From: Bacilli bacterium
GTDB taxonomy: Bacteria; Bacillota_I; Bacilli_A; RFN20; DUOF01
Length of the DNA: 64,000 nucleotides
Direction of reading: 5' to 3'
Assembly (NCBI GenBank): GCA_045128835.1
Contig: JBGVRX010000002.1
Location: 44,145 to 108,144, forward strand
Below, in pieces: positions 9,864 to 21,101 of the stretch. The notes beneath the pieces were generated by a model. That model was not told where the DNA came from, did no database searches, and saw only the letters and a list, made by a program, of their open reading frames with translations. Position 1 is the first letter of the stretch. Every line of letters begins with the position of its first letter. Position numbers and translations under genes: made by a program.

Positions 9864-11417
9864 ATGGATGCTAAAAAGTTATTAAATGCTTTAGAAGAAT
9901 TTGTAGAAGAAAAAGGTATGACTAAAGCAGTTGTTGTTGATGCTTTAAAGGAAGCTTTAGAAAAAGCTTATAAAAAGCACATTGATCCAGATGTTTTATG
10001 TAGAGTAGACATTAATGGTGAATTAGGTACAATTGAAATGTATGAATTGAAAAATGTAGTTGAAGAAGTTGAAGATGACTTATTTGAAATTGAATTGGAT
10101 GAAGCTAAAGAAAAAGATCCTAACATTAAAGTTGGAGATGTTTTAGAAATTCCAGTAGATACAGAAACTTTATCTAGATTAGCTGCTCTTCAAGCTAAAC
10201 AAGTATTTTTCCAAAAAGTAAGAGAATTTGAAAAACAAGAAGTGTATGACAAATTCATTGATAAGAAAGATGATATCATCGTTGGTATTATTGATAGAGT
10301 TGAGCCTGGATTTGTTTTGGTTAACATTGGTAGCAAAAGTAGCGCTATTATGAAAATGAGTCACACAATTCCTGGTGAAACATTCAAATCAGGGCAAACT
10401 GTTAAAGTATACGTTGTAGATGTAGATAAGAGTGCTCAAGGTGCTCCAGTTGTAGTATCTAGAACTGTTCCTGGATTCTTAAAGAGATTATTTGAAAACG
10501 AAATTCCTGAAATTTATGATGGTACAGTAGAAATCAAACATATTTCAAGAGAAGCTGGAGATAGAGCTAAAGTATCTGTATTCTCAAGAAATAAAGATGT
10601 AGACGCTACAGGTGCTTGTATTGGACAAAAGGGATTAAGAATTCAAAAGATTTCTAACCAAATCTTAGGTGAAAAAATTGATGTAATTAACTATTATGAT
10701 GATTCAGTATTGTATATTGCTGAAGCTTTAAAACCTGCTGAAGTTGTTGGTGTAGCAGTAAATGAAGAAACTAAAACAGCAATAGCAGTAGTTAAAGATG
10801 ATAGTTTCTCATTAGCTATTGGTAAAAGAGGAATTAATGCTCGTTTAGCAGTTGCATTAACTGGTTACAAAATTGATATTAAGACATTAACTAACGCTGT
10901 AGCAGAAGGTGTTGAGTATACAACAGTTGAACAAGCTAGAGCAAACTACGAGTATAACAAACAAACTCCAGTTGTAGAAGAAGTTGTTGAAGAAGTTGTT
11001 GAAGAAACTGTAGAGACTCCTGTTAAAGTTGTTGTAGAAGAACCTGTAAAAGTAGAAGTTAAGGTTGAAGAAAAACCAGTTAAGACTGAAGTTAAAGAAG
11101 AAGTTAAGACAAAGACAGAAAAACCTTTAAGAATGCCTAAGTTCCTTAAAGAAGATAATGTTAAACCTTCTAAGAAAGAAGAAACAAGACCTTCAGGAAC
11201 AGGTAAGAAAAAGAAAGAGGATGAAAAGGAAGTTAGAAGAACTGTTCTTTCATCTAAAGAACTTGAAGATATCAAGAAGAAAAATGAAGAGGCAAGATCA
11301 TATATGCCTATTTATACAGATGCTGAGTTAGAAGAACTTGAAGATGATGTTGATGATGACGACTACTATGATAACGTTGACTACGACGAGTATGACAAAT
11401 ACTATGATGAGGACTAA
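9864..11417 (+). CDS. nusA: transcription termination/antitermination factor NusA, with a long acidic/VEE-repeat C-terminal extension
   Basis: S1 and KH domains (GxKGxRI). The C-terminal ~150 aa are low-complexity (VVEEVVEEVVEE, KK/EE rich). Confidence 0.9.
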   Translation: MDAKKLLNALEEFVEEKGMTKAVVVDALKEALEKAYKKHIDPDVLCRVDINGELGTIEMYELKNVVEEVEDDLFEIELDEAKEKDPNIKVGDVLEIPVDTETLSRLAALQAKQVFFQKVREFEKQEVYDKFIDKKDDIIVGIIDRVEPGFVLVNIGSKSSAIMKMSHTIPGETFKSGQTVKVYVVDVDKSAQGAPVVVSRTVPGFLKRLFENEIPEIYDGTVEIKHISREAGDRAKVSVFSRNKDVDATGACIGQKGLRIQKISNQILGEKIDVINYYDDSVLYIAEALKPAEVVGVAVNEETKTAIAVVKDDSFSLAIGKRGINARLAVALTGYKIDIKTLTNAVAEGVEYTTVEQARANYEYNKQTPVVEEVVEEVVEETVETPVKVVVEEPVKVEVKVEEKPVKTEVKEEVKTKTEKPLRMPKFLKEDNVKPSKKEETRPSGTGKKKKEDEKEVRRTVLSSKELEDIKKKNEEARSYMPIYTDAELEELEDDVDDDDYYDNVDYDEYDKYYDED

Positions 11418-11423
11418 TTAGTA

Positions 11424-11681
11424 GTGAAAAAAGTTCCATTAAGAAAATGTGTTGCCACTAATGAAAGACTTCCTAAAGGAGAACTTGTTAGAATTGTAAA
11501 AAATAACGAAGGTAAAGTTTTCGTTGATTTAACAGGTAAAGCTAATGGAAGAGGGGCATACTTAAAAAAGAGTAATGAGGCAATTGATGTTGCTATCAAG
11601 AAAAATAGTTTAGGTAGAGCCTTGGAATGCACAATTGACCAAGAAGTTTATGATGAACTTAGGAAATTAGTTAGTGAATAA
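11424..11681 (+). CDS. ylxR: YlxR family (DUF448) RNA-binding protein
   Basis: PLRKC.....P...L.R motif; GTG start; canonical position after nusA. Confidence 0.8.
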   Translation: MKKVPLRKCVATNERLPKGELVRIVKNNEGKVFVDLTGKANGRGAYLKKSNEAIDVAIKKNSLGRALECTIDQEVYDELRKLVSE

Positions 11682-12000
11682 AGCGTTAAGTACCTTAGGT
11701 ATTTGTGCTTGTGCAAGAAAAATAAGTTATGGCGAGACACTTTTAAAAGACATCAAAGGTAAAAAAGTGCATTTGGTTGTAGTAGCAAGTGATTCAAGTG
11801 ATAACTCAAAAAAGAAGATTATTGATAAGTGCAACTTTTATGGTTGTGAATATGTAGTTTGTTTTGATAAAGAGAGCATTACTAAGTCAATTGGAAGAGT
11901 TGACTTAGTAAGTTCTGTTGGAATTAAAGATTATAATTTAGTTAAAAAATTTAAAGAAAATATAGAAAGGGAAGGTGGTTCTAATGAAGAAAAACAATAA
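11674..12000 (+). CDS. ylxQ: L7Ae/YlxQ family ribosomal-protein-like RNA-binding protein
   Basis: GK..LVVVASD motif; located between ylxR and infB. Confidence 0.75.
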   Translation: MNKALSTLGICACARKISYGETLLKDIKGKKVHLVVVASDSSDNSKKKIIDKCNFYGCEYVVCFDKESITKSIGRVDLVSSVGIKDYNLVKKFKENIEREGGSNEEKQ

Positions 12001-13810
12001 ATCAAATTATGATAAAAGAACTTCTAATTTTGATAAGAAACATACTGAAAAAAATGAAGGTGAAAAGGTTGTTGTTTTCAAAGGAAGTAAAAGTGTTCAA
12101 GACCTTGCTAAAGAGTTAGGTGTTAGCGCTACTGAAGTTATTAAGTTTTTATTCATGGAAGGTAAGATGGTTACCATCAACTCTGATTTAGACATTTCTT
12201 TAGCCGAATTAGTTTGTTTAAATTACGGATATGACATAAAAATAGAAAAAGAAGTTAGTGAAGAAAATTTTGAAGAATTAGAAATCGTAGATGATGAAAA
12301 AGATTTAAAAGAAAGACCTCCTGTTGTTACAATTATGGGACACGTTGACCATGGTAAAACAACTCTTTTAGATGCAATTAGAAAAACTAGAGTTGTTGAA
12401 GGAGAAGTTGGTGGTATTACTCAAAGTATAGGTGCTTACCAAGTAGAAATAAATGGTAAAAAGATTACTTTCTTAGATACTCCAGGACACGAAGCTTTTG
12501 CTGCTATGAGAGCAAGAGGTGCGCAAATTACAGATATCGTTATTATCGTAGTTGCTGCTGATGATGGTGTTATGCCTCAAACTAAAGAAGCTATAGATCA
12601 CGCTAAAGCAGCTGGTGTTCCTATTATTGTTGCAGTTAACAAAATGGATAAACCAGGAATTAATGTAGAAAGATTATATAGTGAATTAAGTGAAATTGAT
12701 ATTATTAGTGAAGAATGGGGCGGAGAGAATATCTTCTGTAAAGTAAGTGCTAAAACAGGTCAAGGAATCGAAGAATTACTTGAGTCTATCTTAGTTCTTT
12801 CTGAACTTCAAGAATATAAAGCAAATCCATCTCGTTATGCTTACGGTACAGTAATTGAATCTAAACTTGAAAAAGGTAGAGGTACTGTTGCAACTTTATT
12901 AGTTCAAAATGGTACTTTAAGACATGGTGATAGTATTGTTGCTGGTACTGTATTTGGTAGAATTAGACAAATGAGAAATGATAAAGGTAAAGTTATCAAA
13001 GAAGCAGGTCCTTCAATGCCAGTAGAAATTACAGGTTTAAATGAAGTTCCAGGTGCTGGAGATAAATTTATGGCTTTCCAAGATGAGAAAAAAGCTCGTG
13101 AAGTAGCAGATAAGAGACTTACAGAAAAGACTTTATTAGATCGTCGTGGAAACACAAGTGTATCTTTAGAAGATTTGTATAACCAAATTAAAGTTGGTGA
13201 TGTTCAAACTATTAATATCATTATTAAAGCTGATAGTGATGGTTCAAGTGAAGCTGTTAAACAATCACTATTAAAATTAAGTAATGATGAAGTTAAGATT
13301 AATGTTATAAGAGCACAATCTGGTGCAATTACGGAATCTGATGTTTTATTAGCTAGTGCATCAAAAGCAATTATTTATGGATTCAACGTTAGACCTGACG
13401 CTTCAGTAAGAGCAAAAGCTGAAGAAGAAAGTGTTGATATAAGATTACATAGAATCATTTATGCTTTGGTTGAAGAAATTGAGGCTGCTATGAAAGGTAT
13501 GTTAAAACCAACATACAAAGAAGTAGTTACAGGTCTTGCTGAAGTTAGACAACTTTATAAAGTATCTAAAGTTGGTACAATCGCAGGAAGTTATGTAACG
13601 AGTGGTGTAATCAAAAGAGATTGTGGTGTTAGACTATTAAGAAATGGTGTAGTAGTTTATGAAGGTAAACTTGCTTCACTTAAGAGATTCCAAAATGATG
13701 CTAAAGAAGTATCAACAGGTTATGAATGCGGAATTATGATTGAAAACTTTAATGATTTAAAAGAAGGAGATCATATTGAAGGATTTGTAATGGAAGAAGT
13801 AAAAAGATAA
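11984..13810 (+). CDS. infB: translation initiation factor IF-2
   Basis: GTP-binding motifs [14 protein letters not shown] and NKMD. The ATG at 11984 has RBS ggaaggtgg; the track start 11975 is GTG. Confidence 0.9.
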   Translation: MKKNNKSNYDKRTSNFDKKHTEKNEGEKVVVFKGSKSVQDLAKELGVSATEVIKFLFMEGKMVTINSDLDISLAELVCLNYGYDIKIEKEVSEENFEELEIVDDEKDLKERPPVVTIMGHVDHGKTTLLDAIRKTRVVEGEVGGITQSIGAYQVEINGKKITFLDTPGHEAFAAMRARGAQITDIVIIVVAADDGVMPQTKEAIDHAKAAGVPIIVAVNKMDKPGINVERLYSELSEIDIISEEWGGENIFCKVSAKTGQGIEELLESILVLSELQEYKANPSRYAYGTVIESKLEKGRGTVATLLVQNGTLRHGDSIVAGTVFGRIRQMRNDKGKVIKEAGPSMPVEITGLNEVPGAGDKFMAFQDEKKAREVADKRLTEKTLLDRRGNTSVSLEDLYNQIKVGDVQTINIIIKADSDGSSEAVKQSLLKLSNDEVKINVIRAQSGAITESDVLLASASKAIIYGFNVRPDASVRAKAEEESVDIRLHRIIYALVEEIEAAMKGMLKPTYKEVVTGLAEVRQLYKVSKVGTIAGSYVTSGVIKRDCGVRLLRNGVVVYEGKLASLKRFQNDAKEVSTGYECGIMIENFNDLKEGDHIEGFVMEEVKR

Positions 13811-13835
13811 AAAATAGTATTAGGTGGGATTATAA

Positions 13836-14174
13836 ATGGCAAAATTAAAACAAGAAAAACTTGCTGTTCAAATCCAAAAATATATTAGCGATATTATTCA
13901 ATTTGAATTAAAAGCTGATAATTTAGGAATTGTTACAGTTACTAGAGTAAAAGTTAGTGATGATAATTCATGGGCTAAAATATTCGTTAGTTTCTTAGAT
14001 AAAAATAGAGAAGAAAAGTTAGAAAAACTAAAAGAGTATAAAACTCCAATTAGAACAGCTTTAGCTAAGAAATTAACTATTAGAAGAACTCCTGATTTAG
14101 CTTTCGCATTAGATGATAGTTATGAAAAAGGAGAAAAAATCGAGAAAATCATTAGAGAGTTACATAATAAATAA
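13836..14174 (+). CDS. rbfA: ribosome-binding factor A
   Basis: Size, position after infB, and the conserved RTP.L.F..D motif. Confidence 0.85.
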   Translation: MAKLKQEKLAVQIQKYISDIIQFELKADNLGIVTVTRVKVSDDNSWAKIFVSFLDKNREEKLEKLKEYKTPIRTALAKKLTIRRTPDLAFALDDSYEKGEKIEKIIRELHNK

Positions 14175-14189
14175 CTCTCTTTTTTTATA

Positions 14190-14214
14190 CAAAAAAAGCA
14201 CTAATTAAAGTGCT
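14190..14214. terminator. Hairpin terminator shared by convergent rbfA and the PP-loop gene
   Basis: agcact-aattaa-agtgct stem with an A7 run upstream, which is the T-run for the minus-strand gene. Confidence 0.45.
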
Positions 14215-14969
14215 TCATCTTCTTCTTTCTTTTTCTCTTTTTCCCATAAATCTAATTTATCTAGATTATGTAACATTAATAGGAAGTTGTCTTCCGCCAT
14301 TGGGTATTTTTTATATAAATCCCTTAGCATTGTTTTCATATTTTCTCTTTCTGTATGTTTATCGTTAGGGCAAGTTGAAGTAACGATAGGGACATTTAAT
14401 TTGTTTGCAGATTTTACAATTAATTTTTCTCTAGCATATACAAAAGGTCTAATGAATGTTATTTCGCTTCTATCTAAGTACATTTTAGGTTTAAATGTAG
14501 CAATTCTACCTCCAAATATCATGTTCATTGCTAAAGTTTCGATAGCATCTTCGCTATGGTGAGCAAAAGCAACTTTATTACAATTAAACTTTTTAGCACC
14601 TTCAATAACAACAGCTTTCTTTATTTTAGAGCAAATTGAACAAGGAAGTCTACCATTGTTTTGGACATTTGCTTGTAGTATTTCATAAGCATGAGAAGGA
14701 ACTATTTCAAAACGGATGTTTTGTTCTTTGTACCATTCTACCATAGGACTAGGATCCATGTTAGGAAATCCCATTTCAATATGAATTCCAACGATGTCGA
14801 ACTTCTTTTTACTTTCGCACATTCTTTTATAAGCATTCATTGCATATAAAAGCAAAACAGAGTCTTTTCCTCCGCTTACACCTACGGCAATTGTGTCTCC
14901 TTCTTCAATTAGATTGTAATCTTCATCTGCTTTTTTTATACAGCCTAAAATATCTCTTAAATAGTACAT
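14205..14969 (-). CDS. PP-loop ATPase, tRNA 2-thiocytidine/tRNA-cytidine(32) sulfurtransferase TtcA family
   Basis: SGGKDS PP-loop motif and paired CxxC cysteine clusters (CSIC, STCP). Confidence 0.7.
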   Translation of the reverse strand: MYYLRDILGCIKKADEDYNLIEEGDTIAVGVSGGKDSVLLLYAMNAYKRMCESKKKFDIVGIHIEMGFPNMDPSPMVEWYKEQNIRFEIVPSHAYEILQANVQNNGRLPCSICSKIKKAVVIEGAKKFNCNKVAFAHHSEDAIETLAMNMIFGGRIATFKPKMYLDRSEITFIRPFVYAREKLIVKSANKLNVPIVTSTCPNDKHTERENMKTMLRDLYKKYPMAEDNFLLMLHNLDKLDLWEKEKKKEEDEAL

Positions 14970-15025
14970 AACATCATCCTTTTAAATAACAATGCAATAA
15001 TATACTATTATTGGAGATTTTTCAA

Positions 15026-15883
15026 TTATTTCTTTGATATCTTATTTAATAATTTTTCTGCGCCAGATAAATTTCCTTTTTTGGACTTTGTTTCTTTTCT
15101 TTTGTCTATTTGTTTTAGGATTGATTTTTCTAATTCATCTGGATCAATGCCTAAATAATTTCCCTTTGAAACAGCAGTTTGTGTTTTATATTTTAAAAGA
15201 GTTAAAGCAACATTTAAATCATGCATTATAACCTCTTCCTCAATATCTTTTCTTACATCTGCATCCATAAGACTAATATAGTATGTGTAATATAAATAGT
15301 TAGACAATTCATCTACGGCTGCTAGACTTGTTACTACATCAGAAGCAAATTCATTAGCGCTTACTTCAGCAGGAGAAAGCGTATATATTTCTTTCTTTGT
15401 TAAATCATCTTCGGGTAATATTCCTTTTTCCTCACAAATTGCAGAAAATAATTTTTCGTATAAACTTATAAAATAAAGATAAGCTTTATCTTTTTGATTA
15501 GGTGTTAATTCTTCTTCTTGAACTAAATCATTTACTAATTCATATTGATAATAATGGTAGCATTCGTGGGCAATAGTTGTGACTAAAAAGTATGGTAGAA
15601 ACACTTCTAAATTTAAATCACTTCTAAATTTGTTTTCGGCAAATGAGTAATCTACAAAGAAACTGTTTAAGCAAATAAAAGCAGGAACTCCTTTCATGAA
15701 GACTCCTCCGACAGTTTTTTCTTCGCTTAGGGTGTCAAATGTAACAATAACAGGTTCTAAATTTAATTTTCTGAAGAAATATTTAGCCAATTGATTTATT
15801 GCTTCAATCCTTTCTTCACGGCTAAGTGCATTATAATTTTTAGGGGCAAACTTTTCTAATAATTCCATGATTACCAACTCCAT
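15026..15883 (-). CDS. hypothetical protein with an HExxH (HECYH) metallopeptidase-like motif
   Basis: 285-aa ORF; IAHECYHYYQ motif. Confidence 0.4.
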   Translation of the reverse strand: MELVIMELLEKFAPKNYNALSREERIEAINQLAKYFFRKLNLEPVIVTFDTLSEEKTVGGVFMKGVPAFICLNSFFVDYSFAENKFRSDLNLEVFLPYFLVTTIAHECYHYYQYELVNDLVQEEELTPNQKDKAYLYFISLYEKLFSAICEEKGILPEDDLTKKEIYTLSPAEVSANEFASDVVTSLAAVDELSNYLYYTYYISLMDADVRKDIEEEVIMHDLNVALTLLKYKTQTAVSKGNYLGIDPDELEKSILKQIDKRKETKSKKGNLSGAEKLLNKISKK

Positions 15884-16041
15884 GACTATATTATATTATT
15901 GAGTTTGCTCTATTTCAATTATAATTTTTATTAAGTGGGTTAGGGCATTAAGATTTTCTTTGCTATTTTTAATATTATAATATTAAATAAATTGAATAAA
16001 AGCGATAAGTGTTGTAAAATTAGATGGTGAGGTGAAAGAGA

Positions 16042-18174
16042 GTGGCAAAGAAAGTATTTGAAAAAGAATTTGCAGGTAAAAAAATTATAGTTGAAACAGG
16101 AGAAATGGCTAAACAAGCTGATGGTTCTGTTTTAGTTAGATATGATGATACAGTTATTTTATCAACAGCTGTAGCAAGTAGTGAGAAGAAGGATACAGAT
16201 TTCTTCCCTTTAACTGTTACATTTGAAGAAAAATTATATTCAGTTGGTAAAATTCCTGGTAGTTTTTTAAGAAGAGAAGGAAAACCAAGTGAACACGCTA
16301 CATTAACAGCAAGATTAATTGATAGACCTATTAGACCTTTATTTGCTGAAGGTTTCAGAAATGAAGTTCAAGTAGTTAATACAGTTCTTTCAGTTAATAA
16401 GGATGCAACTCCTGAAATGGCTGCTATGTGGGGTGCAAGTTTAGCATTATGTGTAAGTGATATCCCATTTAATGGTCCTATCGCTGGTGTTTATGTAGGT
16501 AGAGTTGATGGTAAATATATCGTTAACCCATCAGTTGAAGAAATGGATAAGAGTGACATCGAATTAGCTGTTGCTGGTACTAAAGATGCAATCAACATGG
16601 TTGAAGCAGGTAGTAAAGAAGTAAGCGAAGAAGATATGCTTGGCGCTATCATGTTCGGTCATGAAAAGATTAAAGAATTAATCGCTTTCCAAGAAGAAAT
16701 CGTTAAAGAAGTAGGAAAAGCAAAAAGAGAAATCGAATTATATGAAGTAAGCGAAGAGATCAGAAATGATGTTGAAGCTAGAGCAAAAGATAGATTATTA
16801 GAAGCTATCAAAATTCAAGGTAAACTTGAAAGATATGCAGCTATTGATGCAATCAATGATGAAGTTGTTGCTTTATATGAAGAAAAAGAATACAAAGATG
16901 ACAAAGAAAAGAAAAATATCTTAATGCAAGTTAAAGATGTATTACATGATATTGAAAAAGCAGAAGTAAGAAGATTAATTACTGAAGATAAAGTTAGACC
17001 TGATGGTAGAGCTATTACAGAAATTCGTCCTCTTAACTCTCAAGTAGATTTATTACCAAGAGTACATGGTAGTGCAATGTTTACTAGAGGTGAAACTCAA
17101 GTATTATCAGTATGTACATTAGGCGCTCAAGGTGATGAACAAATTCTTGATAACGTAACTGATGAAGAAACAAAGAGATTCATGCATCACTATAACTTCC
17201 CACCTTATTCAGTAGGTGAAGTTGGAAGAATGGGTAGTCCTGGTAGAAGAGAAATCGGACACGGTGCATTAGGGGAAAGAGCATTACGTCAAGTAATTCC
17301 TAGTGAAGAAGTATTCCCATATACAATAAGAGTTGTAAGTGAAGTTTTAGAATCTAACGGAAGTAGTTCACAAGCTTCAATTTGTGCTTCAACAATGGCA
17401 TTAATGGCATCAGGTGTTCCAATTAAAGCTCCAGTTGCAGGTATTGCAATGGGATTAATTACTAATGGACCTATCGATTCAGGTGCTCCTTATACAATCC
17501 TAACTGATATTCAAGGTATGGAAGATCACTTAGGTGATATGGACTTCAAAGTTGCTGGTACTGAAAAAGGTATTACAGCATTACAAATGGATATCAAAAT
17601 TACAGGTATCAACGAAGAAATTTTAAGAAAAGCATTAGCACAAGCTAAAGTTGGTAGAAAAGAAATCATGGCTAACATGATGAGTGCTATTAGCGAAGTT
17701 AGACCTGAATTAAGCAAATATGCTCCAAAAGTTGGAATGATGCAAATTAACCCAGATAAGATTAGAGATGTAATCGGTTCTGGAGGAAAAACAATCAATG
17801 ATATTATTGCTAGATGCGATAACGTTAAGATTGATATTAGTGATGAAGGTAAAGTTGTTGTTTACCACCTTGATAGAGAACCAATTAATAAGGCTCTAGC
17901 AATCATCACTCGTTTAACTAAAGAAGCAAGAGTTGGAGAAATCTATGATGCTAAAGTAGTAAGACTTGAAAACTTTGGTGCATTCGTTGAATTATTCGAA
18001 GGATGCGATGCATTAGTTCACGTTTCAAAAATATCACACGAAAGAGTAGCATCTCCAAAAGATGTATTAAAAATCGGTGATGTTGTTAAAGTAGTAGTTA
18101 CTGAAATCGATGAAAAAGGAAGAGTAAATGCTTCAATAAAAGATTTACTTGCTAAACCTGAAGAAAGTAAATAG
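16042..18174 (+). CDS. pnp: polyribonucleotide nucleotidyltransferase (PNPase)
   Basis: Two RNase PH domains, a KH domain (GSGGKTI) and an S1 domain. GTG start with RBS ggtgaggtga. Confidence 0.95.
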   Translation: MAKKVFEKEFAGKKIIVETGEMAKQADGSVLVRYDDTVILSTAVASSEKKDTDFFPLTVTFEEKLYSVGKIPGSFLRREGKPSEHATLTARLIDRPIRPLFAEGFRNEVQVVNTVLSVNKDATPEMAAMWGASLALCVSDIPFNGPIAGVYVGRVDGKYIVNPSVEEMDKSDIELAVAGTKDAINMVEAGSKEVSEEDMLGAIMFGHEKIKELIAFQEEIVKEVGKAKREIELYEVSEEIRNDVEARAKDRLLEAIKIQGKLERYAAIDAINDEVVALYEEKEYKDDKEKKNILMQVKDVLHDIEKAEVRRLITEDKVRPDGRAITEIRPLNSQVDLLPRVHGSAMFTRGETQVLSVCTLGAQGDEQILDNVTDEETKRFMHHYNFPPYSVGEVGRMGSPGRREIGHGALGERALRQVIPSEEVFPYTIRVVSEVLESNGSSSQASICASTMALMASGVPIKAPVAGIAMGLITNGPIDSGAPYTILTDIQGMEDHLGDMDFKVAGTEKGITALQMDIKITGINEEILRKALAQAKVGRKEIMANMMSAISEVRPELSKYAPKVGMMQINPDKIRDVIGSGGKTINDIIARCDNVKIDISDEGKVVVYHLDREPINKALAIITRLTKEARVGEIYDAKVVRLENFGAFVELFEGCDALVHVSKISHERVASPKDVLKIGDVVKVVVTEIDEKGRVNASIKDLLAKPEESK

Positions 18175-18185
18175 TTATAAAAATA

Positions 18186-18222
18186 AAAAGGTTTCTAAGA
18201 TTTAATTAGAAACCTTTTTTTT
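18186..18222. terminator. Bidirectional rho-independent terminator after pnp
   Basis: aggtttctaa / ttagaaacct 10-bp stem followed by a T8 run, with an A-run upstream. Confidence 0.7.
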
Positions 18223-18913
18223 ATGGTTTTTTAGGTGTGCTTTTTAATTGCTCCACTTCTTTAAGTTCATCGTCTATTCCTAGTCTTTGAGAAATGTAAG
18301 CAATTGATTTTTCGGCAATGAATATGTGACGCACATCTTTCATTTGTTCTTCTTTTGAAATGTTACTAAATCTATTACCTAATTCAGTTCCTTTAGCGTA
18401 TGCATTTGCAGGTCTATTTTTCCATAGTAAGTGAATAGCAGAACCTATAACATTTACTAAAACTTCTCTTTGAGCAGGATCTGCTAGATATACATAGTTA
18501 TCTAGTGTTAATTCTACCGCCACTTCTGCAGCTTCTTTGTTTTCTTTTTGCCAATGAGGTGATAATTGAGAATATTTCATTTTAGCAATATCAATACTTA
18601 TTGAGTTATCTTCATTTTTTCTAACGTAAGGTAATGTCAAGAAACGTGGATCCCTTAAAATCATATCTACATATCTCTTTTCTTCTGGAGATTCAGTTGG
18701 GTCTAGTTTCTTCCATTTTTCCACTTGTTTAGGATTGCCTTTTTCGTCTAAAACAACATTTCCTTTATCATCTTTTATATAAGTTGTTTTTTTCCAAATT
18801 TCATGTAATTCACTCGCGGTTAAAGTGACAAGTTCTTCTACTGGCAGCTTGTTTAGTGTCTTTTGAATGCGCTCATTAAGCCTAAAGATATCTATTTTAG
18901 CCATTTTAGTCAC
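18221..18913 (-). CDS. hypothetical protein
   Basis: 230-aa ORF with no recognisable motif. Confidence 0.4.
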   Translation of the reverse strand: MTKMAKIDIFRLNERIQKTLNKLPVEELVTLTASELHEIWKKTTYIKDDKGNVVLDEKGNPKQVEKWKKLDPTESPEEKRYVDMILRDPRFLTLPYVRKNEDNSISIDIAKMKYSQLSPHWQKENKEAAEVAVELTLDNYVYLADPAQREVLVNVIGSAIHLLWKNRPANAYAKGTELGNRFSNISKEEQMKDVRHIFIAEKSIAYISQRLGIDDELKEVEQLKSTPKKP

Positions 18914-19073
18914 TTCCCCTTATATATTTTAGTTTATCATTTTCTCTAACTTATTACAAATTGAATATATTAAATGTGCAAAAAAAAGAAATATCAGTTT
19001 ACTTATAAATTTATTGTTTTATAATTGTACTGTAAATATATTAATTAATATATTTAGATGGAAGGAGAATAAT

Positions 19074-19769
19074 ATGATTATTTTAAGAAATGTAAATAAG
19101 ATATACGGCAAAGGTGAAGGTGCGGTTCATGCTTTAAAGGATGTAAATTTAGTAATTGAAGAAGGAAAATTTACTGCGATCCTTGGTAAATCAGGAAGCG
19201 GTAAATCAACATTAATGAATGTTATTGGGGCATTAGATAGTCCTACTAGTGGAACTATTGAGTCTAAGGGATTAATTTTAAATAAAATGAATAAGAATGA
19301 CTTGGCTAAATATAGAAATGAAACAACAGGTTTTGTTTTCCAATCATTCTATCTTGAGCCAACATTTACAGTATTAGAGAATGTTGCTATGCCTTTAACT
19401 ATTGCTGGAGTAAATAAGAAAACTAGAGAAGAAAAGGCATTAAAAATTATTAATGAATTAGGTCTTGGAGAAAAAGTTAATAAGAAAGCATCAGAATTGT
19501 CAGGCGGACAAAAACAAAGAGTTAGTATTGCTAGAGCTTTAGTAAGTGACCCGGATATTGTTTTAGCAGATGAACCAACTGGTAACTTAGACAGCCAAAA
19601 TGGTGCTGAAGTTATGAATTTATTAAAAGAAATCGTAAGAAAAGGTAAATCAGTAATTCTAGTAACACATAACATGGAAGATGCTAAAAATGCTGATAAT
19701 ATAATTGAAATTAAGGATGGAATTGCAACAGCAAGTTATATGAGTAAATATAAGGAGTTATTTAATTAA
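19074..19769 (+). CDS. ABC transporter ATP-binding protein (MacB/LolD/FtsE-like)
   Basis: Walker A GKSGSGKST, ABC signature LSGGQKQR and Walker B ILADEPT. RBS ggaaggag precedes the ATG at 19074. Confidence 0.85.
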   Translation: MIILRNVNKIYGKGEGAVHALKDVNLVIEEGKFTAILGKSGSGKSTLMNVIGALDSPTSGTIESKGLILNKMNKNDLAKYRNETTGFVFQSFYLEPTFTVLENVAMPLTIAGVNKKTREEKALKIINELGLGEKVNKKASELSGGQKQRVSIARALVSDPDIVLADEPTGNLDSQNGAEVMNLLKEIVRKGKSVILVTHNMEDAKNADNIIEIKDGIATASYMSKYKELFN

Positions 19770-21100
19770 TGAAATCTTTTGATAGATATAAGATATCATT
19801 ACATAATATAAAGAATAATAAATCGAGGTCCATCCTTACTACGATTATTGTTTATATTATTTCGTTGTTAATAATGGTTATATTGTGTATTGGTATATCT
19901 TTTTCAAGCAACACGCAAAACATAATAAGAAAGTATTATCAAGAGTCTGGAGAAGCAATATATGTAACTTATAATAACTATGGTTATGGGGACGGTCCTG
20001 TTAAACTTTTAGACGTTAATGCGTATAGTAATTTGCCTAGTATTCTAGAAGAATATGAAGATTTAATTCAATATTCGAAGTATGGTTACAATTCAATGGG
20101 AAATTCAATTGTTGTGCAAGAACATAAGTTCCCTATTTCTGGAAACATTGAAATTTTAGAGGGTAGAAATGTTAATCCGTTAGATTCTAATACTAATAAG
20201 GTTTTGGTATCTGCTGATTATGCTCAAAAATACTATGATTCAACAGGAAACTTATTGAAACCTGGAACTTCATTTAATTATTCATTTGAATTTTATACAA
20301 TTGAAGAAAATTATAGTTCTAAAAATAATGTAAAGAATCTTACTTTTGAAGTTGTAGGCATTTTTGAGGTAAAAGAGGATGAAGATAAAAAATCATATGA
20401 ACAATCTTTAGTTTCAAGTAGTGCACCTATTATTGCGGATGCTGCTTATTTAATTAATAATGTTCCAAGTCTTTATTATACATCTTTAGATTATTATCAT
20501 AATGTCACTAAAACTAATTTTAATAGTAGTGAATTAACTGACAAATTGGATGGTTTAGTAAATGCTTTATCCGATACTCTTCCTAATAACGATCCAAGAT
20601 GGAAGAATGTTTCTTGTTATGCATTAGATGATTTAAAAATGTCTAGTTTAATAGGAGCAATTATAATCGGATTTGCTTCATTTTTGTGTTTGGTTTTAAT
20701 TCTATTATCAATTGGTTCTTTGGCTAATACAATAATGATATCAGTAGACAAAAATAAGAAGTTTATTGGTTTATTAAAAGCTTTAGGCTTAAATGAAAAA
20801 GACTTAAAGTCAACAATTAAATTAGAATCTATAACAACAATTGTTTTAGGAGTATTATTGTCTTTTGGCACAGTATTCTTATTTAAAGGAATAGTAGGAG
20901 ATTTAAACGAATTATTGTTAAGTTCAATGTTTGCTACTTATTTAAATAGTATTGAATATTCAATAATCTTTAGTTTACCTATTTATGTACCAATTATTGT
21001 TCTAATATTCTTTATCTTCTTTACTTTGTTGTTTGCTAGAGGAAGTATGTCTAAGATTGCAAAAACTGACCCAATGGCAGTTATAAGTGAGGTGGCATAA
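19769..21100 (+). CDS. FtsX-family ABC permease with a large extracytoplasmic domain
   Basis: N-terminal TM, a ~250-aa soluble loop, then C-terminal 3-4 TM. Start overlaps the ATPase stop. Confidence 0.7.
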   Translation: MKSFDRYKISLHNIKNNKSRSILTTIIVYIISLLIMVILCIGISFSSNTQNIIRKYYQESGEAIYVTYNNYGYGDGPVKLLDVNAYSNLPSILEEYEDLIQYSKYGYNSMGNSIVVQEHKFPISGNIEILEGRNVNPLDSNTNKVLVSADYAQKYYDSTGNLLKPGTSFNYSFEFYTIEENYSSKNNVKNLTFEVVGIFEVKEDEDKKSYEQSLVSSSAPIIADAAYLINNVPSLYYTSLDYYHNVTKTNFNSSELTDKLDGLVNALSDTLPNNDPRWKNVSCYALDDLKMSSLIGAIIIGFASFLCLVLILLSIGSLANTIMISVDKNKKFIGLLKALGLNEKDLKSTIKLESITTIVLGVLLSFGTVFLFKGIVGDLNELLLSSMFATYLNSIEYSIIFSLPIYVPIIVLIFFIFFTLLFARGSMSKIAKTDPMAVISEVA

Positions 21101-21101
21101 T

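Noticed and set aside
10946-11417. Repetitive GTTGAAGAAGTTGTTGAAGAA segment at the nusA 3' end, as a possible tandem DNA repeat/mobile element
   Set aside because: It is in-frame coding low-complexity (VEEVVEE, KVEVK) forming an acidic C-terminal tail of NusA; there are no flanking repeats.
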